Shown: positions 17,246 through 24,868 of the stretch, piece by piece
How positions within the stretch are numbered: position 1 is the first letter of the stretch
How the letters are laid out: each line of letters opens with the position of its first letter
Notes under the pieces: generated by a model
What the model was told of the DNA's origin: nothing
Databases searched by the model: none
Seen by the model: only the letters and a program-made list of their open reading frames with translations
Made by a program: the position numbers and the translations under genes
Assembly (NCBI GenBank): GCA_052325545.1
Contig: JBKQUP010000037.1
Span: 48,459 to 112,458 of the forward strand
DNA length: 64,000 bases
Reading direction: 5' to 3'
Origin: Thermoplasmata archaeon
GTDB lineage: Archaea > Thermoplasmatota > Thermoplasmata > Lutacidiplasmatales > UBA184

Positions 17246-18292
17246 TTAGCCCCAGGACGGGAACGTCCCGTCCACCGGGTTCCACCAGGCCCACCGCCCC
17301 GTCTGGGGGTTGATTCGCGGCTGGCAGAAGACCCCCACGAAGTTCGTGGGCGGCGCCGGGTTCGTCAAGAACGGCCAGTTGGGAGGCGCCGGCGGCTTCC
17401 CGATGTGGTCCATCTGGAATCGCTGGAGCAGCTGACCCCATCCCTGGTACAGGGGGTTCGGTTGGTACGGAGTCGTCCGGTAGTCGAACGCCCACGGCGG
17501 CCACCCTCCGGGGGGCATTCCCGGAACTTGGGGAACCTCGAGGGTCGATTGAATCGCAATCCCTCCCGTTCCGGTAGGGGAGGTCGAGATGTTCCCGATG
17601 GTCACCGGGACCGGGATCGAGGGGGAGCCGGTAGAGGGGGAGCCAGCGGGGAGGCGGGGTCCCCGCATCGACGCGAGCCCGCCGACGAGCCCGCCGAGCC
17701 CCAGCAACCCGCCGAAGATGATGAGCAGACCATTGAACGAGAACAGGCTCGCCGTGGCCGACACAGTGATCGTACCCACCGTCTCGGTGCCGTCGGCCGT
17801 GTCGCTGATCACGATGGTGAAGCTTCCGGCGGAGTTGTAGGTGTGGGTAAACGGTCCGAACACGCACTGGCAGTTCCCCGAAACGATCGATTGACTCTGC
17901 ACCTGCGACCCGTCGCCCCAGTTTATCGTGCCGGTAATGGGAGGATTGGCGAAGATGCTCGTGAAGAACTCGAGCGATACCGTGGAGCCGACCGCGAGGG
18001 GAGTGTTCACTCCGCCGTACGGGGACATGCACGAGCTGCCGTCGGGGGCAGTGCACGCGGTGAAAGTGTACAGCTGGTCCCCTTGTGCGGGGACGATGCC
18101 GCTCTGGGCGGCATGAAGGGAATCTCCGAGATGCTGGGAAGGGGCATCGGGCCGAGCAGCGATCGCGCCGGCGGCTACACAAAGGCAGCACCCGAGAACG
18201 ATGCAGCAGACCCAAATCGTCGACCGGGAGCGAGCGATGGACCGGGACGACGCTCCGACCCTTTGGCCGGAACGCGACTGGCGAGCGTACAT
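17246..18292 (-). CDS. Type-I-like membrane protein: signal/anchor, PKD-like Ig domain, TM helix, and a Pro/Trp-rich cytoplasmic tail
   Basis: N-terminal IWVCCIVLGCCLCVAAGAIAA. GTINWGDGS ... HTYNSAGSFTIVISD matches the PKD WGDG/HxY pattern. TM LLIIFGGLLGLGGLVGGL. Tail rich in P, W, N and Q. Confidence 0.6.
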   Translation of the reverse strand: MYARQSRSGQRVGASSRSIARSRSTIWVCCIVLGCCLCVAAGAIAARPDAPSQHLGDSLHAAQSGIVPAQGDQLYTFTACTAPDGSSCMSPYGGVNTPLAVGSTVSLEFFTSIFANPPITGTINWGDGSQVQSQSIVSGNCQCVFGPFTHTYNSAGSFTIVISDTADGTETVGTITVSATASLFSFNGLLIIFGGLLGLGGLVGGLASMRGPRLPAGSPSTGSPSIPVPVTIGNISTSPTGTGGIAIQSTLEVPQVPGMPPGGWPPWAFDYRTTPYQPNPLYQGWGQLLQRFQMDHIGKPPAPPNWPFLTNPAPPTNFVGVFCQPRINPQTGRWAWWNPVDGTFPSWG

Positions 18293-18395
18293 CGTCTATA
18301 GTTACGGCGCTGTCGGGTAGAAATAACCCCCTCCGCATGACGGGTGGCGACCGAGGGGCCCTGAGACCACTGGGGTGGGTGAAAGCACCGGCCCA

Positions 18396-18411
18396 CCGAT
18401 GTTTAACAAAA
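18396..18411 (+). repeat. Dispersed intergenic motif M1, copy B (CCGATGTTTAACAAAA)
   Basis: Identical 16-mer to copy C. Followed by GGGGGCAG as in copy A and by GCACAAC as in copy C. Confidence 0.6.
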
Positions 18412-18727
18412 GGGGGCAGTGTGTCGCACAACCCACCCCGACGTGCCCTCTTTCCCCGACGTAAACGCCGTCAGGGGATCATGACTCCTGCCAGGAACGC
18501 CAGATAGACCCCTCCCGGCCCTCGGATCGCCCAAGCCTTCCACTCAGGCCGGGGAGGAGGCCAAGTCCGGCCAGGCGCCCGGAACTCGTGACAGGGCGGG
18601 CCTCCGAGCCAGGGCCTCCGGAGCCGCCCTCGGCCGCTCAGCAGCGGGCTAGCGGCCGACCAGGCGCTCCCCATCCGGCTTCCCCCACGGGCGCCGCGCG
18701 ATGCTGGCGCGTGAGCCGACGGCACCC

Positions 18728-18790
18728 CCGCCCTTCCCCGTCCTCTCCCGCCCCACCGCTCGGGGGTGCCCCGGGGTACTTGGGCAGGGC
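18728..18790 (+). repeat. Dispersed intergenic motif M2, copy 1 (core GCCCCACCGCTCGGGG, with the CCCTTCCCCGTCCTCTCCC flank)
   Basis: About 60 nt align with 19997-20070 in the same orientation. Lies about 120 nt upstream of the GTG at 18907. Confidence 0.55.
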
Positions 18791-18906
18791 CTCCGCGGAG
18801 TCATCACTCCCCCCGGGACCGTGTCGCCGTGGCAGGAGACCGCCGAACGAGGGATATACCCGCAACGCGGTTCCGATACGGTCAGCCGGGGGCCTTGGAG
18901 CCACTC

Positions 18907-19884
18907 GTGTCTGAGAGTGCACGCGCGTCGGTCTTCGCGATTGTCGTCTGCGCTGTGATGGTGCTTAGTACTGCTGCCGTCGTGGCACAAGGAGCGGGCG
19001 CGCCGCAGAAGGTTTCGACACTAACGCCCGCGTCTTCGGGACTCGCTTCGAGTCCCATTGGATTTGAAGCCGGCGTCGCAAAGGCGTGCTACGCCGAGGA
19101 CCCTTGCACATCCGCCGCCATTAACGTTACTGCCGACTCGGATGTGTTTCTTGCGTTTTCAGTGTCAGGCGGAGCCGGTTATCCCACCTCGGCTACCATC
19201 GGGGGCACCCCGGGCGTAGAAATCAGCTCGGGAACGAGTTTTGCGTTTCCGATGGGCATCTATGCATTCATGAATGTTGCCGCGGGAAGTCCCAGGTTTA
19301 CCGTCAGTGATGGTGAAGATTATTTTGCGTTTGTGGTCGCGGCTTTCTCGGGAGTAGGGGTTTCGCTCGCCGACTACGGAGACAACATGACCGCAGGTTG
19401 TCAGGACACGGTGTCCACGTCACAGTCATTCTCCATCACGCCTACGAATGCGACCACGATGATGTACGGCTTTGTGGCCAATGATCAGCCAGGCCCCGTC
19501 AACTACAGCGACAGTTTTGCGCCCGGGACGTCGATTGCCGCGATGTATTCTTGGACCGACGTACCGTATGACGTTGCCACGTCCCTTGTCGCTGGATACT
19601 ACGAAACGAGCAGCGCAACAGCTGCTGCAACCGCTTTTACCGCTACTACCTCCACAGCCTCGTCGTATTGTTACGAGGGTTTCGCGATGTCGCCGCTGAC
19701 GACGCCCGCGCCCACGCCCGCGCCCCCTACGCCCACGCCCACGCCCGCGCCCACGCCGATACCCACAAACTATACCGTTATTCCGAACTACACGCCCTTC
19801 TACATCGTCGTCGTAGTGCTGGCGGCCGTGTTCGCCGCGGTCGGGATCGTGTCCCTGATAGGACGGGAACGCAAACCCAAGTGA
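18907..19884 (+). CDS. Secreted protein with a Pro/Thr linker and a C-terminal TM anchor plus basic tail
   Basis: In-frame GTG at 18907 gives the signal-like VSESARASVFAIVVCAVMVLSTAAVVAQG. C-terminus TPAPTPAPPTPTPTPAPTPIP ... FYIVVVVLAAVFAAVGIVSLIGRERKPK. Visibly lower G+C than its surroundings. The track start at 18766 adds an implausible Arg-rich leader. Confidence 0.65.
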   Translation: MSESARASVFAIVVCAVMVLSTAAVVAQGAGAPQKVSTLTPASSGLASSPIGFEAGVAKACYAEDPCTSAAINVTADSDVFLAFSVSGGAGYPTSATIGGTPGVEISSGTSFAFPMGIYAFMNVAAGSPRFTVSDGEDYFAFVVAAFSGVGVSLADYGDNMTAGCQDTVSTSQSFSITPTNATTMMYGFVANDQPGPVNYSDSFAPGTSIAAMYSWTDVPYDVATSLVAGYYETSSATAAATAFTATTSTASSYCYEGFAMSPLTTPAPTPAPPTPTPTPAPTPIPTNYTVIPNYTPFYIVVVVLAAVFAAVGIVSLIGRERKPK

Positions 19885-19996
19885 TCACTGCGAGATGACT
19901 GCTGCCCTCCACGAACCGCCTGCCTCGAATGACAGTCTTCCTCGCCCAGGAACCTCGAAGGAGTGGTTAGACTCCGGCGCCTTAGGTTGCTCGCCC

Positions 19997-20070
19997 CCTC
20001 CCCTGCCCTTCTCCCCGTACTCGCCTGCCCCACCGCTCGGGGCCGCCCCCGGGGCGCTTCCCAGGGTACC
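19997..20070 (+). repeat. Dispersed intergenic motif M2, copy 2
   Basis: CCCTGCCCTTCTCCCCGTACTCGCCTGCCCCACCGCTCGGGGCCGCCCCCGGGG aligns with copy 1. Lies about 115 nt downstream of the stop at 19884. Confidence 0.55.
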
Positions 20071-20210
20071 TACAGGCCCGCCCGCGCCCGCTGACCCCCC
20101 GCCCAGCCCGGGGATCGCCCCCGCCACCCCCGCGCGGGGCAGGCAGGGAGTCGGGTTCGTGGCCGCGTATCCTTGAGGCAGCTGGCAGGGTTGGTGGGCG
20201 GGGATGCCCC

Positions 20211-20226
20211 CCGATGTTTAACAAAA
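20211..20226 (+). repeat. Dispersed intergenic motif M1, copy C (CCGATGTTTAACAAAA), in the promoter region of the RHH gene
   Basis: Identical to copy B. 42-57 nt upstream of the GTG at 20268. Confidence 0.6.
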
Positions 20227-20266
20227 TTGCACAACACATAAATATCTGTTAAATTTGTGTTAAACA
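20215..20266 (+). promoter_or_regulatory. Promoter/operator candidate: inverted repeat TGTTTAACA (20215-20223) / TGTTAAACA (20258-20266) plus half-site TGTTAAA (20247-20253), bracketing a TATA-like ATAAATAT (20238-20245)
   Basis: Read directly from the only strongly AT-rich 50-nt stretch in this region. The TATA-like box is centred about 27 nt before the GTG start, suggesting a leaderless transcript. Confidence 0.4.
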
Positions 20267-20267
20267 C

Positions 20268-20666
20268 GTGCGGAACGCCCGAGCCGACTCTCCCGCGACT
20301 CGATTCCTTGGAGTGCGCCTCACCTCCGAGGAGGAGTCGCTCCTCGACGAGTTCCAACGGACCCACGGGCTCTCGACCCGCTCCGATGCGGTACGAGCGC
20401 TCGTGCGGATCGCGAGCGAACCCCAACCGGGGTCGGTGGAGCTGCCACCGACCCTGCGGGGGGAGCTCGAGGAGATCGTCGAGAACGGATACGCCCGGGA
20501 CCTCGAGGGCGCGATCGCCCTCGTTGCCAGTCTCGGACTGACGGAGCTCGCTCGGACCCACTCGGAACGGCTTCCTGCGCTGCGCGACCACGCGCGGTCG
20601 GTGAAGGAACGACGAGAGGGACGGCGCCGGGCCGACCGCGAGGGGCGGGGGCTCCTCGGGCGCTAG
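20268..20666 (+). CDS. Tandem ribbon-helix-helix (CopG/Arc-like) DNA-binding protein
   Basis: First unit FLGVRLTSEEESLLDEFQRTHGLSTRSDAVRALVRIA. Second unit VELPPTLRGELEEIVENGYARDLEGAIALVASLGL. Both follow the beta-strand, helix, helix spacing of RHH domains. Basic C-terminal tail. Confidence 0.6.
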   Translation: MRNARADSPATRFLGVRLTSEEESLLDEFQRTHGLSTRSDAVRALVRIASEPQPGSVELPPTLRGELEEIVENGYARDLEGAIALVASLGLTELARTHSERLPALRDHARSVKERREGRRRADREGRGLLGR

Positions 20667-20833
20667 CCTCCGGAAACGGGGAAGGGTTGCAACATGGAGT
20701 CAATGGGAATCGCCTGGAGCGAACGGAGCGGGTTCATCTGTCGACTGTGCCGGCAGGATGCTAAGCATAATGAGGTGCTGCACGTGTCGTACTGTCCCGT
20801 ACACGGTCTGAGCTCTCCGTTGGACCAGCTTCC

Positions 20834-21409
20834 GTGGCGGCCGGAGGCGAGAGTATCGCGCGTCTCTACACCCGTTCGGGCGACCGCGGGACCACCGCTC
20901 TCGCCGGTGGCTCGCGCGTAGAGAAGGACTCTCCCCGCGTCCGCGCCTACGGTGCGTACGACGAGCTCGGGGGTCTCCTCGGGCTCGCCGAGGTCGAGCT
21001 GCCGTCGGGGCTCAAGGAGGTCCGCGCGGTCGTACGCCGCCTCCAGAGCGAGCTCTACGTAGCCCAGGCCGAACTCGCCAGCCCGCCGAGGGGTCCCGAG
21101 CCGAAGCACCGGATCGAGGCGCGCCACGTCGCCCGTCTCGAAGCCGATATCGAGCGGTTCAAGTCCTCGCACAGCCGCTTACGCTCGTTCGTGCTCTCGG
21201 GCGGTTCGCGTCCCGGGGCTCTATTGCACATCGCTCGGACGATCGCGCGACGCGCCGAGCGGGAGATCTGGGCGCTCCACCGCACCGAGTCGCTTTCCCC
21301 CGAGCTCCTGAAGTGGGCGAACCGGCTGAGCGGTCTCCTCTTCGCGCTCGCCCTCGCCACGAATCGCGCCCTCGGCGTGAAGGAGGTCCCACCGGACTAT
21401 TCGGTCTAG
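20834..21409 (+). CDS. ATP:cob(I)alamin adenosyltransferase, PduO type
   Basis: LYTRSGDRGTTALAGGSRVEKDSPRVRAYGAYDELGGLLG and the later LSGGS motifs are typical of PduO/MMAB-type enzymes. GTG start. Confidence 0.8.
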   Translation: MAAGGESIARLYTRSGDRGTTALAGGSRVEKDSPRVRAYGAYDELGGLLGLAEVELPSGLKEVRAVVRRLQSELYVAQAELASPPRGPEPKHRIEARHVARLEADIERFKSSHSRLRSFVLSGGSRPGALLHIARTIARRAEREIWALHRTESLSPELLKWANRLSGLLFALALATNRALGVKEVPPDYSV

Positions 21410-21431
21410 TCCGGGCGGGGAGGAGGTCGCG

Positions 21432-22628
21432 TTGGAGATCGGGATCGTCGGCAAACCGAACGTCGGCAAATCGACGTTCTTCAACGCTCTCACGTTGCTC
21501 GACGTGCCGATGGCGCCGTACCCGTTCACGACGATCACCCCCAACCGCGGGGTCGCGGCGATCCGCGCGCCCTGCCCACACACGGAGAAGGGTACCCCGT
21601 GCACTCCCGGGAACGCAAAATGCGTGGACGGGACCCGATGGGTCCCGGTGAGCCTCGTCGACGTGCCCGGTCTCGTGCCCGGCGCGCACGCGGGGAAGGG
21701 CCTGGGTCACAAGTTCCTCGACGACCTTCGGGCGGCGGACGGCTTCGTGCAGGTCGTCGACCTTTCGGGGGCCACGGACGAGGAAGGACGTCTCGCCGAG
21801 CACGGTAGCCACGACCCCGCCGAGGAGGTCCGCTGGCTCGAAGATGAGCTCGTGGCCTGGGTCTCGGAGATCCTCAACCGGGACTTCATCCGGCACGCGC
21901 GGGGCACCGAGCTCGACGGCAAGAAGGTCGAGGAGTTCCTGGCCGAACGCCTTACCGGTCTTTCGATCTCGCCGAACGCCATCGCCGCCGCGCTCCGGGG
22001 GTCGACCGTCGAACGTGCCCATCCCGCCCGGTGGACGGAAGAGGACCGTTCGCACCTCGCTCGACAATTGCTGGAAGCCTCCAAACCCCGGCTCGTCGCC
22101 GCGAACAAGTGCGACCGCGCCTCGAAGGAGGAGGCCGATAGCCTTGCCGGCCGCGTCGACCCGATCCCGTCCGTCGCCACCGCGGCCGATGCCGAGCTCA
22201 CGCTCCGCCGCGCGGCGCGCACGGGGCTCGTCGACTACCGCCCCGGCGACGCGGCCTTCCAGGTCCGAGACCCGGCGCGCCTATCGCCCCCGCAACAGAA
22301 GGCGCTCGAGGGGATCCGGTCAATCGTCACGACCTGGGGCTCGACCGGTGTTCAGCAGGCCCTTGAGCAGATGGTCTACTCCCGCCTCGGGATGATCGTC
22401 GTCTACCCGGTGGAGGACGAGACGCACTGGACCGACAGCCAAGGCCGGGTCCTGCCGGACGCGTTCCTGGTGCCGGCGAACACCCCGGCGAGGGCGGTCG
22501 CCTACCGGGTCCACACCGACCTTGGAGAGCATTTCATCCGCGCGATCGACGGGCGGACCCATCGTGCGATGGCGGCGGACCATCCCCTCGGACCGAACAC
22601 GGTGGTCCGGATCGTCGCGCGGAAGTGA
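21432..22628 (+). CDS. Obg/YchF-like GTPase with a C-terminal TGS domain
   Basis: G1 GKPNVGKSTFFNALT, G3 DVPGLV, NKCD, and a C-terminal TGS-like VVYPVED ... VVRIVARK. TTG start. Confidence 0.8.
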   Translation: MEIGIVGKPNVGKSTFFNALTLLDVPMAPYPFTTITPNRGVAAIRAPCPHTEKGTPCTPGNAKCVDGTRWVPVSLVDVPGLVPGAHAGKGLGHKFLDDLRAADGFVQVVDLSGATDEEGRLAEHGSHDPAEEVRWLEDELVAWVSEILNRDFIRHARGTELDGKKVEEFLAERLTGLSISPNAIAAALRGSTVERAHPARWTEEDRSHLARQLLEASKPRLVAANKCDRASKEEADSLAGRVDPIPSVATAADAELTLRRAARTGLVDYRPGDAAFQVRDPARLSPPQQKALEGIRSIVTTWGSTGVQQALEQMVYSRLGMIVVYPVEDETHWTDSQGRVLPDAFLVPANTPARAVAYRVHTDLGEHFIRAIDGRTHRAMAADHPLGPNTVVRIVARK

Positions 22629-22655
22629 ACGAACGGGACGCTCTGCGCCCGGAGC

Positions 22656-23627
22656 TCAGTTTCCCACGAGCGTTGCGCCCTCGGCGGTGGGCCGCACCAC
22701 GAACGGCAATGCGCCGGCCCGCGCGAACCGCCGGACGAGCTCCGTTTCCTTCCCGGGGATGGGAAGGGCGACCACGGAGCCGCCGGCGCCGGCCCCGGTG
22801 ATCTTGGACCCCTCGGACGCCGGAGCCGCGGCTTCGATGAGGGCCTCGAGCCGGGGATGGGAGACCCCGACCTCGCGGAGGAGCTCCTGGTTCCGACGCA
22901 AGAGCTCGGCCACTGTCGTGCGGTCGCCCCGGCCCACGGCCGTGATCCCCTCGTTCGCCACCCGGCGGAACTCCTCGAGTAGCTCGGGACCGCCCGGTGC
23001 GGAGAGGCGGGCCCCGACGGCGCGGACCGCGTCCGCGGTCGACCGCGGGACCCCGCTGTAGGCGATGACCCACACCCAACCGGGGTCGCTCACCCGGCGG
23101 ACCTCCCAGCGATGGTCGGGAGAGCGGACCGTCCAGAGTGGCTCGCCGGGGCCGCCGTTGACCGCCACGAACCCGCCGGCGACGACCGTGCTCGTGTCGC
23201 CCGGGCTCCCCACCCCCTGGGCGCCCCGCTCGATCTCGAAGCTCCGCTGCGCGAGCGCCGGCCGGTCGATCCCGCCCGTCGCGCTCGAGAGCGCTGCGGC
23301 GAGGCCTGCCACGAACGCCGCCGACGAGCCGAGACCGGCGGCCTTGGGGATGCGGGAGATCGCCCGCACCTCGAGGGGGGACCCACCCTTCCAGGCGAGC
23401 TCGATCGCGGACCGAAAGTAGGCGTTCCGCTGCGGGGCCTCCGCGTCGGCGTTGAGACGGGTGGTCTCCCCGGCCGTCACGAAGACCTGGGTCATGAGGT
23501 CGATCGCGAAGACGAGCTCGGGCGCGCCGTGCACCACCGCGTGCTCTCCGAAGACGATGCACTTTCCCGGCGCGCGGGCGGAGAGCGGGAGACCCCGGGC
23601 CGGGATGGCGGGGAGTTCGTCGCTCAC
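22656..23627 (-). CDS. mvk: Mevalonate kinase (GHMP kinase family)
   Basis: GKCIVFGEHAVVHGAPELVFAI, the GHMP motif GLGSSAAFVAGLAAAL, and a C-terminal KITGAGAGGS. Confidence 0.8.
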   Translation of the reverse strand: MSDELPAIPARGLPLSARAPGKCIVFGEHAVVHGAPELVFAIDLMTQVFVTAGETTRLNADAEAPQRNAYFRSAIELAWKGGSPLEVRAISRIPKAAGLGSSAAFVAGLAAALSSATGGIDRPALAQRSFEIERGAQGVGSPGDTSTVVAGGFVAVNGGPGEPLWTVRSPDHRWEVRRVSDPGWVWVIAYSGVPRSTADAVRAVGARLSAPGGPELLEEFRRVANEGITAVGRGDRTTVAELLRRNQELLREVGVSHPRLEALIEAAAPASEGSKITGAGAGGSVVALPIPGKETELVRRFARAGALPFVVRPTAEGATLVGN

Positions 23628-24199
23628 GGGCGGCGTCGACCTCCGACGACGCGTTTCCCCCGGGCGGAGGGAACGATCCGTTGAGGCGCCTCGCCCGCGC
23701 GGGCGGGGCGGGGGAGACCGAGGAGGCGCTCGAGGGTGACCGCGACCGCCGCCACCTCGCTGTGAGGCTGATGGCCGACGGCCACGTTGTACTTCGCTCG
23801 TCGATAGAGCTCGGGCGGGACCTTCGCGCCGCCGACGACCAGGAGGATGCGGCGGGAACGCGCGAGCCGCGGGAGGGTCTTCTCGAGGGGTAGGCCGTAC
23901 ATTGTGAGGTGGACCACGGTCCCGGAGAAGGAGCGGACCAGGCTCTTCCAGTCATCGACCGGGACGACCGCGAAATCCCCGCCCCAGCGGTGGGTCACCG
24001 CGGCGATGCGCTCGGCGAGAGCATCGTCCCGGGGGTGCAGGTACATCCGTTGGGCCCCGAACGCCCGGGCCGCGAGCGCCACGTGCGTGGTGAGGCGCGG
24101 GTCGCGCCCGGGTCGGTGCCCGACCCGGAGGACCGAGACCTCGGGCCGAGGCCTACGTGCCGAGGGGCTCTGCGACGAACCGCTCGATCCGGTGGCCAC
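23624..24199 (-). CDS. trm56: tRNA (cytidine56-2'-O)-methyltransferase aTrm56 (SPOUT)
   Basis: VLRVGHRPGRDPRLTTHVALAARAFGA matches the aTrm56 N-terminal signature. 4-nt overlap with mvk. GTG start overlaps the upstream gene by 47 nt. Confidence 0.75.
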   Translation of the reverse strand: MATGSSGSSQSPSARRPRPEVSVLRVGHRPGRDPRLTTHVALAARAFGAQRMYLHPRDDALAERIAAVTHRWGGDFAVVPVDDWKSLVRSFSGTVVHLTMYGLPLEKTLPRLARSRRILLVVGGAKVPPELYRRAKYNVAVGHQPHSEVAAVAVTLERLLGLPRPARAGEAPQRIVPSARGKRVVGGRRRP

Positions 24200-24680
24200 G
24201 GTACTCCAGTTTCTCCGAGCGCTTGACGAGCGCCTTGAGCCGCGTCGGGCTCATCCCGAGCTCCTCGGCGACGTCCGAGAAGAACCGTCCCTCGGTCCCG
24301 ACCGCGTCGTAGATCTTCTGCTCGAGCTTCGAGTACTCGCGCAGCGGCATCATCGCGATCGCGAGCACCTCGGAGATCTCGGCGAGGGGGGAGGTCGTGC
24401 TGATGTTGATCGTCGAGTAGTAGAAGTGGTAGCTCTTGTCGGGCTGGTGCCGCCCCTCGCGCGCGACCCAGCGCGTGTCGATGAGCCGCAGCTTCTCGAA
24501 GAACGCGAGCGCCTTCACCCCGTCCGCGCCGAACTCCCGCTCGACGTCGTCCAGGGTGAGCCAGTTCTCCCCGAGCCGCTGGACGAGCTTCAGCTTCACG
24601 GGCGAATCGACCGCCCGGAGGATCGGGACGAGGTCGCTCACGTCGTTGACGACCTTGATTCGATGCATCGTTGCCGACAT
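24153..24680 (-). CDS. Winged-helix (ArsR-like) DNA-binding protein
   Basis: The internal ATG at 24680 sits immediately after the Nop10 stop and gives 175 aa. VKLKLVQRLGENWLTLDDVEREFG and FFSDVAEELGMSPTRLKALVKRSEKL look like two HTH units. Functional call is weak. Confidence 0.5.
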   Translation of the reverse strand: MSATMHRIKVVNDVSDLVPILRAVDSPVKLKLVQRLGENWLTLDDVEREFGADGVKALAFFEKLRLIDTRWVAREGRHQPDKSYHFYYSTINISTTSPLAEISEVLAIAMMPLREYSKLEQKIYDAVGTEGRFFSDVAEELGMSPTRLKALVKRSEKLEYRGHRIERFVAEPLGT

Positions 24681-24682
24681 GG

Positions 24683-24868
24683 TCACCGAGCCGGTTCCGG
24701 GGGACCCCGGAGCGTATCCAGCAGCATTCGGCGGTACTTCCCGTAGCGGTCCCCCGGATTGAACCGGGCCGGGTGGGGCGTCCGCGTCGGAAGCGAGCAT
24801 TTCGGACAGCTCTCGCGGAAGGAGTAGCGGTCGCACGCGCGGCAGACGCGGAGAATGTTCCCGGTCAT
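24683..24868 (-). CDS. nop10: H/ACA RNP protein Nop10
   Basis: 61 aa: MTGNILRVCRACDRYSFRESCPKCSLPTRTPHPARFNPGDRYGKYRR. Hidden at the C-terminal end of spurious track ORF 24683..25357. ATGA overlap with the aIF2alpha stop. Confidence 0.85.
   Translation of the reverse strand: MTGNILRVCRACDRYSFRESCPKCSLPTRTPHPARFNPGDRYGKYRRMLLDTLRGPPEPAR

Noticed and set aside
20667-20833. Possible cobalamin riboswitch, or the small Cys-containing ORF 20694..20921, upstream of the PduO-type adenosyltransferase
   Set aside because: GGGAA-type patches are present, but I could not find the B12-box core or the conserved helices. The 75-aa ORF overlaps the PduO start and has a junk-like C-terminal half. Neither can be supported without a covariance-model scan.
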